From: Nostoc punctiforme PCC 73102
GTDB lineage: Bacteria > Cyanobacteriota > Cyanobacteriia > Cyanobacteriales > Nostocaceae
Assembly (NCBI RefSeq): GCF_000020025.1
Contig: NC_010628.1
Span: 3,570,001 to 3,602,000 of the forward strand
Length of the DNA stretch: 32,000 nt
Direction: 5' to 3'
Below, piece by piece: positions 31,438 through 32,000 of the stretch (position 1 is its first letter; each line of letters starts with the position of its first letter). The notes below the pieces were generated by a model, which did not search any database, had not been told where the DNA came from, and saw only the letters and a list, made by a program, of their open reading frames with translations. A program made the translations under genes and the position numbers.

Positions 31438-32000
31438 ATGGCTATCAACACCGATACTTCTGGCAAGCAAAAAGCGCTGACTATGGTGCTCAACCAGATT
31501 GAGCGCAGCTTTGGTAAAGGAGCAATTATGCGCCTGGGCGATGCCACCCGGATGCGGGTGGAGACAATTTCCAGTGGGGCGCTTACCCTAGATTTAGCAT
31601 TGGGTGGTGGTTTACCCAAGGGGCGGGTAATAGAAATTTATGGGCCGGAAAGTTCCGGTAAGACTACAGTAGCGCTACATGCGCTCGCCGAAGTGCAAAG
31701 AAATGGCGGTATTGCTGCCTTTGTTGATGCTGAACACGCCCTAGACCCTACTTATGCTGCTGCATTGGGTGTAGATATTGACAATTTGCTGATTTCCCAA
31801 CCTGACACTGGCGAATCAGCTTTAGAAATTGTCGATCAGCTTGTTCGCTCTGCTGCGGTTGATATTGTAGTTATTGACTCAGTAGCAGCACTGGTTCCCC
31901 GCGCTGAAATTGAAGGCGACATGGGTGATGCCCATGTTGGTCTACAAGCGCGATTAATGAGCCAAGCTCTACGTAAAATTACGGGTAATATTGGTAAATC
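31438..32000 (+). CDS. recA: Recombinase RecA (5' part; continues beyond the window)
   Basis: Absent from the ORF track because no stop is reached. The translation [35 protein letters not shown]...[17 protein letters not shown]...[10 protein letters not shown]...[21 protein letters not shown] includes the Walker A motif GPESSGKT. Confidence 0.95.
   Translation, partial: MAINTDTSGKQKALTMVLNQIERSFGKGAIMRLGDATRMRVETISSGALTLDLALGGGLPKGRVIEIYGPESSGKTTVALHALAEVQRNGGIAAFVDAEHALDPTYAAALGVDIDNLLISQPDTGESALEIVDQLVRSAAVDIVVIDSVAALVPRAEIEGDMGDAHVGLQARLMSQALRKITGNIGK

Noticed and set aside
31416-31619. 67-aa minus-strand ORF.
   Set aside because: It lies antisense to the unmistakable recA coding sequence, which the ORF track missed because it runs off the window.

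Overview
This window looks like chromosomal DNA from a heterocyst-forming (Nostoc/Anabaena-type) cyanobacterium. The octamer GCGATCGC (HIP1) occurs roughly 35-40 times by eye, against about 0.5 expected by chance. Many intergenic regions carry tandem heptamer repeats of the STRR kind (GGGGAAT/CCAATGC, TTGGTCA/GACAAAT, AGTTAGG). The content is core genome and rich in signal transduction. There are four large sensor histidine kinases, one single-domain response regulator and one kinase relic. Housekeeping genes sit between them: a ClC channel, cyAbrB, an Rrf2 regulator, cbiB, pyrR, xseA/xseB and the 5' part of recA. I see no rRNA, tRNA, CRISPR array, transposase or phage genes. Seven observations deserve a second look. 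(1) A 1116-aa kinase contains a GAF domain with both cysteines of a DXCF-type cyanobacteriochrome; it sits with an Rcp1-like response regulator and a REC-PAS-HK-REC hybrid kinase, suggesting a light-driven phosphorelay. (2) A 1423-aa protein carries two complete HK-REC modules in one chain. (3) Two inverted copies of an 87-101 bp MITE-like element each have their own perfect 10-bp target-site duplication, and they bracket a histidine-kinase relic. (4) Hairpin-forming G-rich/C-rich repeat units sit in frame inside two coding sequences. (5) A small XRE-family gene is split by loss of one A in an A-run. (6) A Phd/YefM-RelE pair lies directly upstream of xseA-xseB and diverges from recA, which has a LexA-box-like site. 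(7) The first kinase ends in three degenerate receiver-like modules. All family calls come from motif recognition by eye. No database search, HMM scan or RNA folding was run. I did not find a clearly novel multi-gene system such as a defence island.
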